Positions 24,401 to 36,799 of a stretch of 64,000 bases of DNA are shown here, piece by piece. The notes under the pieces were generated by a model. The model searched no databases. It had not been told where the DNA came from and saw nothing but the letters and a program-made list of their open reading frames with translations. Source of the stretch: Klebsormidium nitens (lineage: Eukaryota; Plantae; Klebsormidiophyceae); NCBI GenBank assembly GCA_000708835.1, contig DF237067.1, positions 62,001-126,000 on the forward strand. The letters are read 5' to 3'. Each line of letters begins with the position of its first letter. The first letter of the stretch is position 1. The position numbers and the translations under genes were made by a program.

Positions 24401-25193
24401 TTTTGCTATAGAGAGCAATGGTCTAATAGAGCTGCGTTCTTGCTGTCCTTGGAACTATGCGTTTGGGCCTTTCCTGACCTCTTCTTGTTGAGTGCGCAGT
24501 TGTTGCCATCCTGTTCATCGCTTTCGGTTTCGCTCCCGTGTGGTCGCCAATCGTGGGCAGGGTGCTCACGCCCTTCTTCCAACTGGTAAGGAGTTCTTTT
24601 GCATTCCCGTCCGGCTAAAGAAGTCGTTTGCCGTTCGGAGCACGAACTGCTTTGTCTCTTCAATGTCTCTTCAATTTGTAAGGCATCAACGTGGTACGCC
24701 GTGCTGGTAACAAGTTTGCAAAGTCATGGTACTGTCCTGGGACATTTTCAAATGTGTTAGTCATCATGCTTCTGGACTTCAAGTTGCCGGCGTCGCTTAT
24801 TTGTTCAGCGGCGTAATGACCGCGTTGAAGTTATGCTCGGCTTGGTGGGCCAAACGAGACTCCTGATCGCGGTGTACTGTGCTGCGGTGCAGGTCGGCGT
24901 GGCTGTGGCTGTCAAATTCTTCTTCACGGACTTCTTGCGGGCAGGTAAGCTTCGCAGCTGCGGGCAGAACCTGCTGTGACAAGGGATATTCCAACGCTTG
25001 GCAACGTCGACTCTGCCAACTTTCCCGCTTGCACTTGTCGGCGACAAATGCGAATGTGACACTCTGTGAAGGGTACTGCTTCCTTCCTTGAGGACTTTTT
25101 CTGATGTTTAGTATTGCGTTTCTGTCTGCAGATAAGCGGAAGGAATTGTACAAGAAGGGCGAGAAGTTGAAGGAAGATGTTACGGGATCCTAG
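21442..25193 (+). CDS. Hypothetical multi-exon protein; probable plastid transit peptide, low-complexity middle and one C-terminal hydrophobic helix
   Basis: A phase-consistent exon chain built by hand: MAAGAVMLK...|GFHLAPATFTR...AIRAQ|ANSRDASSPG...|GSPGSSGPP...GPK|PGPIRSEV...|DRTEERP...|...|PRQESTLNL...LAA|RVLTPFFQL|RRNDRVEVMLGLVGQTRLLIAVYCAAVQVGVAVAVKFFFTDFLRA|DKRKELYKK...VTGS*. No family recognised. Confidence 0.65.
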
Positions 25194-26841
25194 GCCAATG
25201 GCAGAGGCAGTCGTGTAATAAGATTTGCCGGTTTTGAGAGAGTAACTGCTTTTGCAATACGAAACCTTTTTTCGAGGTACAACTACCTCCTTACAGCAAG
25301 TACAAGCTAACTGAGCAGAACCTTCGGAGGCGAGCAACAGAGGCATATAGTTTGTGAAAATCATTTTTGATCTCCAACTTGTATACTAGATGTGTATATA
25401 AAAAGATGCACCAGCAATTTGTCGCCATTTCATTCTGACTGCCGCTGTAGGTTGTGAAGCCATGTTTGTAATCGAACTCCTTTTGCCGCCCACCAGGCGG
25501 AAATTTATGAGGGGTGGGGCAATGGTGACATGGAGGGTACTTGCAAGCATCATATCCCCCGTCTGAAATTACCTATTTAACACAACTGAAGCTTTCGACA
25601 TGTAAACCCACTGGGCTGTTGTTTGGAATATAGTTTCAGAAACCATTGGTGATGTCAAATTGTCGCATGAAGTCGTACAGAATCCATTATTGGTGAAATG
25701 TTGATGGATCAAAAATACGAGGAACATACTTATTCCAGCAGTTACGATAGTTACAAAGGGTTGGAGTGTATGTCATTGTTCTCAATGCAAGGCAGTCGCA
25801 GTGCCAAGCGCATCGCAAGCATTCACCAAGTACTTCTGATACCAATGACGTCGATCATGCAACATTACCTTGTCATTCCAGTCAAATGATTCTACCTACT
25901 CTTTGAACCCATTTTGTCATCAAACAAGTTGCTTTGTCGGGGAAATTTCAGGTTCGCCTCAAGTCGTCCTTCAACATCGTACATCTAAATGGAACCATGT
26001 CAGTGCAGCCGCGAGTATAGGTACTAGAGCTGCCAGCACGTGTATACCGGTATTGTATACGTACTAGCCGCAGCCCGCTGTTCTAACTTCCAACTGCCCC
26101 GGGTCGTAGCTTCGGTAGGAGCGGTTATCATAAAGGGATCCCCCTTGGCGTGGGCAAAATCCTGATCTGATCCGACCAGAAAGTTGCACAGCGGCCTGCA
26201 TGTGCCACCATCGCAAAGCGAGCACTGAATCTACATTGGACAAGTATCTTATCTTCAAATTATTATCCATGAATGATGGCAATGCACTGCTGCGCCCGTG
26301 CTTACACAGGGGACCGTACTTCCTGTTATCTACCTAAATCGCGATTGGAATTGGGAGTCCAGACGATAAAAGTGGACGATCAGAGGTGATCTGGCGGACC
26401 TTGTACCGTGTACGTTGATATGAACCTCAGATGAAATCCGGCCTGTATCCTAAATCTAGGCCTGCCAAGCTTGTTCTCTTGTTTTCGACAAACAACACTT
26501 CTTAGCATGTAAATGCACGATATAAATATTGTTATCTACGGTATAACCTAGCGCGTACTGTATTATAGGCCGGCAACAACCACGGGTCCACAACGTAAAA
26601 GTGTAGAATTCACGGTATCAGGCAACGCTCCCGCAACTCCCTCAGCTCCCGAGCTGTCCTGACTGTGGGTCGTCAGTCGCAGTTTTCAGGGCGCTGACCC
26701 AGGTCTTATGCCGAGACGCGGCGAGCGGAAGCTTGACCTTTCGAAAGTTTGTCCTGGCTCCTGATTGGCCGCCGACAATACGCGCCAATGATGGCGTCAT
26801 AGTCACTATTCGCCACGGCACACAATGACAGACTAGCAAGT

Positions 26842-27910
26842 GTACCCCAGTACACTACGGTACCTCGATCAATAGGCAGTGTCAAATTTGTACCCCCATC
26901 TGGTACCATAATTCCGGGATCGATCGCAGTTCCTGGTACCTACCTCAATTGCACCACTAGGTCCGTAATGGCACCTGCGGTGTACATAGGTACCGGCGTA
27001 CAGGCACAGGGTCGCACAGCCCCGATCAAACGAAACTTGACCCCGGCCCTGGCCCCGGGCCATCACAGTGGCAACGGGCTCTCAATTCATGGCCACAGGC
27101 TGTAATTTGGTGTGAACATCGCAAAATGCACTTTTGGCACGGATTTCTGACACGATGACAGACAGCCGGACTAGCAGCACATCCGGAAAACCGCTGTACT
27201 GCACAGAAAGGTTGCCGGGCCAAACAAACTTTTCAACGGTGAAGCTTCCGCGGAAAGGCTGGATCGACGGTAGGGATGAGAAGGCCAATTTTCAACCTAC
27301 AGCCAATTTTGTTTTTTGCCCCTTTGTCCATGATTGAGGTAGTTTGTACGTCGTACGGTCCGCTCCTTTCCGGCCGGAGCGACCGTACACTTATGAACGA
27401 TTACCGTACGTAAGCATAATGCATGCATGGCCGACAAGCTGCACAGTTAGCAAGTCCGGGACTCCGGGGCCCCCGGTTTCGGATAGCGAGTACCTACTGA
27501 AAGCCGCGAGTCGTGACTCCAGTGGCCGTGCAAAGTGCGCCTAGGTTGAACGCAGCCGACAGACCATCCATCCAACTACAGTCGGTAGATACGTATACCT
27601 AATACCGTAGACTGAAACGAGGGCACTACTCAGGAACCGGGTAGAAGCACGAGTAACGATCAGCCTGAGTTCAATGGATCGTTTGGAACGTACTATACCT
27701 AGGTAGGTTTACCGTTCAATGTTGTCATCATGTTATCATCTTGCAATGTTGTATTATTATGTTGAAATATTGGATTTAGCTTCGTCGAAGCCAGCTACCA
27801 CACCGGTACCGGTACCACCAAGCGTAGGTACCTACTTGCTTTTATTCACCTACCTACATAGGTATAGCTGGCTGAAAAAGCTCGGAGAGCCGAGGCAAGT
27901 GTACTTCAGA
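26842..27910. promoter_or_regulatory. GTAC-motif clusters upstream of DUR3 copy 1 (candidate SBP-box binding sites)
   Basis: Nine GTAC in 26842-27001 (160 bp), with more at 27345-27410 and 27805-27905. The regulatory role is inferred. Confidence 0.4.
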
Positions 27911-28101
27911 TGGGCCGACAGGGGGAAGACATGCAAGCAAGCTCTTGTAGGAATACCCGGCACATCAAGTGATCCTGCATTTGAGTTTCTCTTTGTGCTG
28001 CCACAACCTGCATTTGGCGCTGCGGTTTGGCGGACGCGCTCCTCCTCACCAGACGTCGCTGACAGCCCCAGTCCGCCGGCTGCGTCGCCGCGCTCGCCAC
28101 C

Positions 28102-31100
28102 ATGGTGTGCCCTCCCGATGGCATTGGCCTGGCCAAGTACTACACAGAGATGGCCTATGGCTCCTGCATGAGGCAGGCGTCCTTCTTTGAGAACAAGAAC
28201 ATCCTGTCCCTCGGGTTTGGCTACGCGGTTGTGCTCGGGCTGGGGCTCTTCTTTGCTGTCTTCACAGCAGCTTTGGTAAGTTGCGCTGTGCTCTCTTGCA
28301 TATCGAAGCAGTCTTGCCTCTTTCTTGTCTGCGGGTTTACGACGTGCAGGCCATTGCGAACACAATATAGTCCAGCTTAATATGGGACGCAAAGAAATCC
28401 CTCCGAGGTCAGCCCCAGGGGGACTAGCTCCGCTGGCACTGGTACTTTTGTTCGACCCCTCAACGCCGAGGTGGCAGACTAGTACCATAGTTAAGCAGAT
28501 TTCACTACGGAGAGTGGGTGATTGGATTTGGCAACGCCCAATCATGGCCCTAGAAGGCTGTTTCTTTGGTTCTTTGTTGGATGTCAAGTGCCTTTGCTTT
28601 TTGGAACCAGCCAGGAGCCAACCCACAGCTGATGGTCCTGATGTGTTTAATGCTCATGGAAGCAATGATGCTGATTCTCCTGTGGTTACAGGTGTGGCTG
28701 GAGGAGCGGTACATTGGCACAGTGGCCTCATCTGAATGGTAGGTCATGCGTGAGCTTTTTGCAGCTCCTGCTCTGCTTGACAGTCCAGAGGTCTTTGGCA
28801 GCAACCATTTTAGTCCACTGTTAAGCAGAAGCTGAGATCTGGCAGTTAGACAACGCCACCGTCTCTATTGTTGCAGGTTCAACACTGCAGGGCGCAGCGT
28901 CAAGACAAGTCTTACTGCAAGTGTCATTGTCTCGCAGGTATGTGCTTTGACTGCTTTGTTAGCTGAGCATTTTGTCGAGGATATCAAGTATGGCCAGCGA
29001 TGCAAGCAGTATCAAAGTAGGTGTGCTGCAGAAGGGTGCTTCCAAGTTCGTTAGCAAGGGCGCAATAGAGGAATGGGGGTGTCAGCATGTAGCCAGAGGT
29101 GCTCCCGACATACTTTCTTGCCGTAGAACATCTGGCCCCCTTGCTCGCCTCTTTGCCTTCCCAGGTCACTACCCTTTGATGGTCGAGACCTTTCAATCTG
29201 GATCTAATCAAGGGATCCCTGCGATGCTGCTGATCTTGTTACTCCAGCCCGGCAAGATTGAGGCAGCTTCAAAAGAAGGCATAGCGCCCTCAAAGGTGGT
29301 TACTAACTTCTCCTTTTTCCCTTTCTTGTGGTATAGTGGACCTGGGCTGCCACAATGTAAGTGTCTCCAGTCTCCCCTTTGTCCCTTTGTATGCAGGGTT
29401 TCTTCTCTCAAATTGATGGCTCAAAGCGTTGAGGACTGCTGCACACCTCCAGACCATTCAATGCGAAGTTGGTGCTGATGAGGAATCAGACTGATATCCG
29501 TGAGGTCAAAAGGAAAGAACCTGTTGAACTTGATAGTGCATCCAGGATGTCAGCTGCCAGGCCTGCCTCCATTGCTGACACGTTTCCTTGACGTCTTCTC
29601 CGCAGTCTGCAGTCAGCAAACGTTGCGTGGAAGTTTGGTGAGCTCCCTTCCTTCTCCCAGTTGCTCTGGCTGGTCTTGAGCTACGACTGTGATCAACACC
29701 TCAAGCCAACTGCATTTAAACCAGACTGCAAACGGGTGAAGCATCTACTGTGGCCGAGCCTAAAAGTTGGATTCTCCTGATGCAGGGATCAGCGGACCTT
29801 TCTGGTATGCCTCAGGGGCCACCGTCTAGGTTCTGCTCTTTGGAGTGATGGCAATCGAGATCAAAAGGAAGGCACCATCAGCTCACACCATCTGCGAGGT
29901 TGTTAGGGCAAGGTAGGGTACTCCTCCTGTTTGGAAATCCACTGAATGATTTGTGGAAGGAAGACAAGGATGCAATTGTGGATCTGGTATGAATGGAGCC
30001 ATGAAATCCAAGGTCTCGGGTGGCTTTCACCAAAAATGATAGTCGATGCAGTATGCTCTGTGGCAGGCAGTATATGAAGGGATCAATCATCGTTTCCTGA
30101 GGGCTGTTGATAAGGAGTGTAATCATTGACTATCTAACCAAGTGGAGGCATGGATTTTGCATGCTCCTTGATGAAAACTTCTTCCTGGATCCTTACCAGT
30201 GCTTTCACTTTCTGCAGATGGGGTGAGCCTTCCTGCAGCTCCCTGGACATGTCTGGGAGAGTCGGAGGTTTCCAAGCAGTGCCTCTTCTTGTGGACCTGA
30301 ACGAAGTTGCATCGAGAAAACAAGCCTCAGCTGGATTCTGCAGAGTGACTGGTGTACAGAAATCAGCTGCTTAATGTGCTTGGTTGCCCGGAGTAGTGGC
30401 TGCCTGCACTGGCTGAGAAGCGCCTTTCCCATCTTCAAGCGTATAAGCTTTTGTGGCTGCAGGACAAACGGCGCACCTTGTGTTCCTCTTCTTCTGCTTC
30501 ATGACCAACTGCATCGTCACGTCCATGCTCCTGGTAAGGATCCTGGGGCGCGCTTCAATCGATTACTGGAGCGGTCAGATGCGTGCCTGCTCCTTCCGTC
30601 CTGTTCAGTTAGTGTCTTTCTAGAACAGAGAGCCCGGACGATTCAGAGCTCAGCCGCCTTGTGGTTTTGCAAGCGCACTTCAGTGCTACTGTCATCGATA
30701 AGTAAAGAATGCGAAACCTTCAGAAATTTCAACCTCAGGAACTAAAGGAACTGATGAGAATCCTTGCTTTGACTCTTATAAGAATTCTAGTGAGAAAGGG
30801 GTCAACAAAGCTGGAGCGGTGAAGTACGACTCTAGTCTGAGTTTCTGCTGACGCACCTGCCACTTGTGCTATTTCCAGCTGGGAGGCTCCTCTGTGGTCA
30901 ACGCCCTCACTGGGATGAACATCTACCTGGCCTGCTTCCTCATTGTGAGTGCCGCTGCTTCTGACGTTGCCTAGACAGTTGTCAGCTGTGCAATCCTCAA
31001 GCGACTCCGACCTTGGCGAAAAAGGCGTTGTTGCGTTCGTAGCATCCATCAATGTTGCTGAATCTTCCGAGCGTCGATATGTTATCCAGCTGAACAACTG

Positions 31101-34100
31101 CTAAGATACTTTCTGGCAAACGTGCTGATTGTGTTCTTTGCATGTCCCTGCAGCCGCTGGGTGTGATCTTTTACACGCTGTCTGGCGGTCTCAAGGCCAC
31201 CTTCCTGGCCAGCTACACCCACAGCATCTTCAGTAAGGCCCACGGCACTCCTCCTTGCAGCTCCTCTGGGAAGATCCCAAATCCAACAATCTCCATTTCG
31301 CGAACGGACTCGAACACGCCTGAAGAACTCGACACACGATGTCTACAATCATCGGCTGCAAGTTGTCCTTGTGCAGCTCTTCCTCGAGGACCAACAGAAG
31401 TGCAGGACTCTGTTCTTGACGCTAACGGCCGCCCTTGCGCCCCCCGTTATTGCAGTCCACGTGGCGCTGATGATGTGTACACCGTGTACACATCATGTGT
31501 ACACATCATCGTGTACACCACCGACTCCGACCTGGGCAGCCCCAAGGCCGTGTACAACGCGCTCAAGGCGGTGGCCAGCAAGGACCGCGTCTGCACCGGC
31601 ATCCCTGACGGCCACAAATGCGGCCCTGTGGCCGGCAACTACAAGGGCTCCTACCTCACCATGCTCTCTAACGGAGGCCTCGTAAGTTGGCCAGGCCTTC
31701 CCAGGCCAGCAACAGCAGGCTCAAAGCCGGCACAGCATGATGAGCAGGATGCCGGCCCCAGTCTTGCCCAGCAGGTGGGTCGCCGCAGCGGGCGGAACCA
31801 GGCCGGCGCCGGCTTCGCTGACGGTGAGGGGCAGGTCGAGGGCCAAGGCGGCCAGGCCCAGGGAGGACGCCAGGGAGAAGGGCACACAAAACCAGACAAG
31901 ACCGCCCAGCTGCACGAGATGAAAGGAGGAGAGCGGTCGGGCGGAGGAAAAGGGGAACCAAGCGTCATGTGCGGTGGAGAGCCTGTCAGGTGCGCACAGC
32001 CGCTGATTGAAGGGCGTTCTCTTGCAGGAGGAGTTCCTTCGATCTCGAAGGACCGATCTCAAGAGCACGGAAGGCATTGTTTTTGGCCACAGGGGAGAGG
32101 TCGAGGGAGCCTACCAGGTAACCCTTGTGAGATGAGGACGGGCGTGCGGCGATGGCGGACTGCCAGTAGGCGTTATCGACGAACACCGTGCCGAAGTTGC
32201 CGACGATGTTGATGATTCCGAAGATCTGCACGCGGACAGATGAGCATCATGTCCGAGGAAATGCCTGTCTGGAAGACAGCAGAGGCGTCGGGGCGTCTTT
32301 GCAATTACTGACGTGCCAGTGCGCCAAGACGAGAACAGAGTACTATTACACAACTAACGTAACAAAAGCTCCGGGCCTTGCTGCTCAGAACGCCGGCAAC
32401 TCGCCGCTCTCCTTGATTGAGGAGCACTCTCTCCCCTACGAGCTTGCCAAAGTGCATCTTTGATAGTTGGAGTAGTAAGTCTCGTATTTATGGCTGTAAC
32501 AGTTCCTGCTTGTCGAACGTAGGTCGCTTTGCCTTGCATCAGCTCACGGAATGGAGACCTGGAACGCTTCTTCTCTTATCTCTTGAATCTCCGCTCGGTT
32601 ATTGTCTTTCACGTCCCCTTAGGCACCTGCTGCAAACACCTTTCAGTCTCTACCTACGTCTGATGGCTATTCTCCGTGTCTGTGCAGGGCTGTGACGTCT
32701 TCCGGTTCCGCTGAGCTGATTGCCGTGAGCTCCCTGATGACGTACGACATTTACCGCACCTACATCAACCCCAAGGCCACCGGCAAGCAGATCCTGGCGT
32801 GCTCGCGCTACTGCGTCCTCGGCTTCGGGATGTTCATGGGAGTGCTCGCCATTGCGCTGTCAAAGGCCGGCGTCAGCCTCGGCTGGATGTAAGCCGCAAA
32901 CACCCCCGTTTTGCCCCTCTCGTGACTTTTCTGATGAATCGTGTCCTCTTCAACCGTGCCTCAGTAAGCTCCAGACCTCCGGTTTCGCATCAACATAAAG
33001 TCCCGAGGTACATTTGACTGCATACTCGCTTCGGAACCGGGCCTTTGAACGTGAACCGTTGCTTGTCACCCTTGCCCCAGGTACGAGGCCATGGGCTGCT
33101 TCATCGGGTCCGCCGTCATCCCGGTCGCCCTGCTGCTGCTGTGGAAGAAGGCCAACGCCATCGGCGCCATAGCGGGCTCCCTCATCGGCATGGTGGCTGG
33201 CGTCATCACCTGGCTCGTCGTGGCCCAGGTGGGGCTGCTCAGACCGACTCTAAAAATCGGTTTACCTTCGCATCTTCCCTTCGGCTCCAATTCTTAGCCC
33301 TTCCACACGCAAAAAGTTCACCATCAGAGAAGATGCGCACAGCGCATGTGGGTTCAGTGCCAAAACGTTTGTGAGCAGCATCAAAAGCTCGGCAAAATGA
33401 CATTATCATGTTGCCAATGTTTGTCAAGATTAAGTGATGCCAGCCTCCGTTGATATTTTGATCTACTTGTCACACAGCCTCGTTGTAATTTGCGGTTCGC
33501 CCGCCAAGGAGTGGTGCTGTCGTAGGCTGACGCTGCGCGCGCGTCGGTTTCTCCCCAGGTGCACAACGGCACGCTGGACCTGTACACGACGGGCAAGGAC
33601 GGCCCCATGCTGTCGGGCAACCTGGTGGCCATCTTGTCGAGCGGCATCATCCACATCGGATGCAGCCTCGTTTGGCCTGAGGTGCGCGCGCGCCCGCGAC
33701 GTGACGGCCGTGCGGCCCAGGCTTTACCCCCGCAAAAGCCCTTGTCCTCAATTTCTCCGCCTGCTTCGGCTAAAATGTCTGCTCGCCGAAGCACATTGTT
33801 GGCCTCAGCCAATTGAAACCCATAAGGGGTCTGAAACGTAGAGCTAACTCATCCAAACGCGTTGCCTTAGCTGTATCGAAACAGCAACAGCCTCAGTCGA
33901 CTTCGCTCTTCGGTTTTAACGGCGTTTGTGTGCCCCCCTCTTCCAGGACTTCGACTTCGAGGCGACCAAGGCGATCACCATGGTGGAAAACGATGCACTG
34001 AATTTGCCCGAGGAGGAGTTTGCGCCAGAGCGCCTGAGCCACGCCAAGTGGTGGATCATCAAGTGGGGCTGCTGTTTCACGTTCGTCATGCTCGTCCTGT

Positions 34101-35154
34101 GGCCCCTCGCCACGCTCCCCGCGCGCGAGTTCAACCTCGGCTACTTCACCTTCTGGGGTGAGCATGCGCGCGCGCAGCCGGTTGATCGCTGCAGCTTGGA
34201 AGTGTTGCTTGAGCTCCAATGCAGTCTTGTCAACACTCCGCTACATTTTAAATTGCTTGAGATAATTTGGAATCTGTTCAGGTTTGACGGTAATGGTTTA
34301 CGTCTGGTCAAATATGGTGAGACTGGAGCCGAATCGGAGTCGCTCCGGTGTTTGGTCGCCACATTGCACGTCGATCGGTCTGATCTGCCTAGAACGGGTG
34401 CTCCTGGCAGATTGGATTCTGATGTATGCCACCCTCCGGTGTCGTGCAGTGACGATCGTGCTGGGGTGGGGCACCATCGCGTCCGTGGTGATCATTGTGC
34501 TGCCGGTGTATGAGTCGTGGGGGGGCATCAGCATCGTGCTCAGCGGCCTCTTCACCTCCGACATCATGTACAAGAAGATCGAGGTCAGCCATCCGCGCGC
34601 GCGCGCTCTTCGTGATGGGGCATTCTGACGCCTTCTTTGTGGCGGTGTCAGAGAGGATCAGTAACTTTAAGACGGAGGCCTGAGATGCTGTTGGAAGAAG
34701 TGACTTGGCGGAACTCAGGGTTTGGACGGGTGCTTCTCGATCCATGACTCAAAGGAGCGGGAACCCAGGGCGTCGATATATCGCTTCCTAACCGTCCACG
34801 TCACCTCTTCCAACAGCGTCCCCGAACTTGGTCCCAAACCGACTGATTCTCTGCTTGAGCTGCTCTTCGGCCTCGGCCCCAAACGACTGATTCTCCTTGA
34901 GTCTGCTCTATGCTTTGCCCAAGAGCCGATTCCTCCTTTAAAGAGACGGAAGTTCCCTGGGAGTCTCCTTTTGAAGTCGCCCTGGCTGGAGCCGCGTGTG
35001 GAGCTACTTACACCCTGTCTGACGCTTTCAGCTGCGCTGCTCTCCGCAGGCCCTGGATGCCAAGATCGACGCTATTCTACGGTCCAATCCCGAGTACGAG
35101 AAGGCCTACACGCACGTCAAGGCCAAGGAGATGTCGCCGCCCCCCAAGGATTAG
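28102..35154 (+). pseudogene. DUR3: DUR3 urea/H+ symporter, copy 1; pseudogene
   Basis: Exons match DUR3 (CMRQASFF...[46 protein letters not shown]). Lesions: TAG at 29827-29829 where copy 2 has CAG, a net +23-nt insertion at 31469-31518, and two exons (31735-31909, 32115-32225) on the minus strand. Confidence 0.93.
31735..32400 (-). other. Intragenic inversion carrying two DUR3 exons
   Basis: [37 protein letters not shown] (32225-32115) and [18 protein letters not shown]...GILLIML (31909-31735) are read on the minus strand with their own splice sites. The right breakpoint is approximate. Confidence 0.9.
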
Positions 35155-36799
35155 GCGGAGCGCAGGCGGCGCGGGACAGTCAGTATCGGTGTTGTCTTTT
35201 TGAGAATTCGCAATGAACTCCAAACGCGGAGGACGGGTGCCTCGTTAAGTAACTAGTAGTGTTCTATAGGTGGTCGTGCATCAGGTACGCAAGTTATATA
35301 TCCCGAAAAGGGCGACGCGGCCTTTGATTCTCAGCGGGAGGCGTTGTCGAGCTCGAGGTAGCAGCTTTGAGCAGGGATGTAAGGGCGTAAAGAGTCCCGA
35401 AACATTCGAATGGCAGCTGTGATAGCTAGCGAATGAAAGTCACGGCAGATTCAACAGCACGTTGATGCGGAAAGAGCCCGCATTCACGAGAGTCTCGTAT
35501 AAGAGACGTTATGGGTCCGCCAAATTGTTGCAGCGCTGTTTATCGGAATTCCATGGGTAGAGAAGTTCTACTAGTACCGGTCGAACAAGTTAGCGTTACC
35601 GTTCTCCTAAGGCGTGAGTTCGAAGAAAGTTAGGTTCAAGGGCTCTTTACTTCGGAACCTCATTCAATGCGATCGTGGTCAACAATAACGATGCACTGAT
35701 TTTGTTGTTGTAACAGTAGATTACCAGTCACTATAAAACAAAGCCCCGTTTGAGACTGCTGAGACCTCAGATTCCGCCCCAATAAGATCGATGCGGGTGC
35801 GTCCATGTACAGCTGTACATGGACAAACTTTAGACCGGAGGAATGTCACCACAAGGGCTTGCCGGTCTCAAGTAGGCTCATCTGAGACTCATCCAAATTC
35901 TAAGGCGGCCTTGTCCTGTTAAGCTTTGCATCTGATTCGTGGTCGAGCGGCACAGCCATGAAAAGTACATTAACCGGCCGATGTCAACAAGACTACACTA
36001 TCATCTCAATCAGAATGAGCATCTAAATCGTTCGATATGAATTCTATACTTCATGCGCGTGCGGAACAACGAGACATCATCGAATGATGCGCATGGTTAT
36101 TATTTTATGTATTAATCAGCCAATGAGTAATCGAATGAAGTCCTCATAAAAGCAAGCTCTTATAAAACCTGTTGACGAACCGAGGGGTATGTGAACCTCA
36201 CGTGACCGCGTAATTTGTTAAGCCTCGTGGCACCAATCCTCGTTGTTTCTCGTTGGTTACTGAATTCTGCCGTTATCTGAAACACGAGCTGGACCAAAGG
36301 TAGACATTGTACGTCAATGGTCATGCTATAAAATTCTCCAGATCTACTTAATCCACAAGCATCCCCGCTGCCTAGCTCATGATCTGTAAAATGAAACTTG
36401 CAGGTTCAGGAGCGTCTGGACCCCATATGGATTTGAGTCGTATTCTGAAAGTATGCGGGGACGACTTTGAAGAGCTGGGCACTGTGAGAGCATGGCAGTC
36501 TTTTGCACGCGCGGTAAACAGGAGCACAGTTGAAGTTTTTCCAGTGGATCCCAACATTTTTCACTGCTCAAACCCTTTCACTTCTGCACAAGGCTCAAGT
36601 AGTCTCTGCAATTGAAATCCGTCTGATGAAAAAACAATCTGTCCTGGCAACCTCCGGCGTCACTTTCCACGCCGGAACCTCGCACCACAGATCTCAACCC
36701 CGTCAATCCAGGTTTGAGTGGTTTTTTTTAAAAGGAACTCGTCAGCACATTACTTCTCTCATAGAGAACGGATCCTTTCTCGCCCTCACCATTAGGACC

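Noticed and set aside
25400-26300. Decayed transposase or helicase (QRVGR and LRWW strings on the minus strand)
   Set aside because: Only isolated short words in stop-ridden frames, with no supporting motif order.
31142-32212. 356-aa plus-strand ORF as a separate gene
   Set aside because: It is an accidental read-through of DUR3 exons, introns and the antisense strand of the inverted exons.
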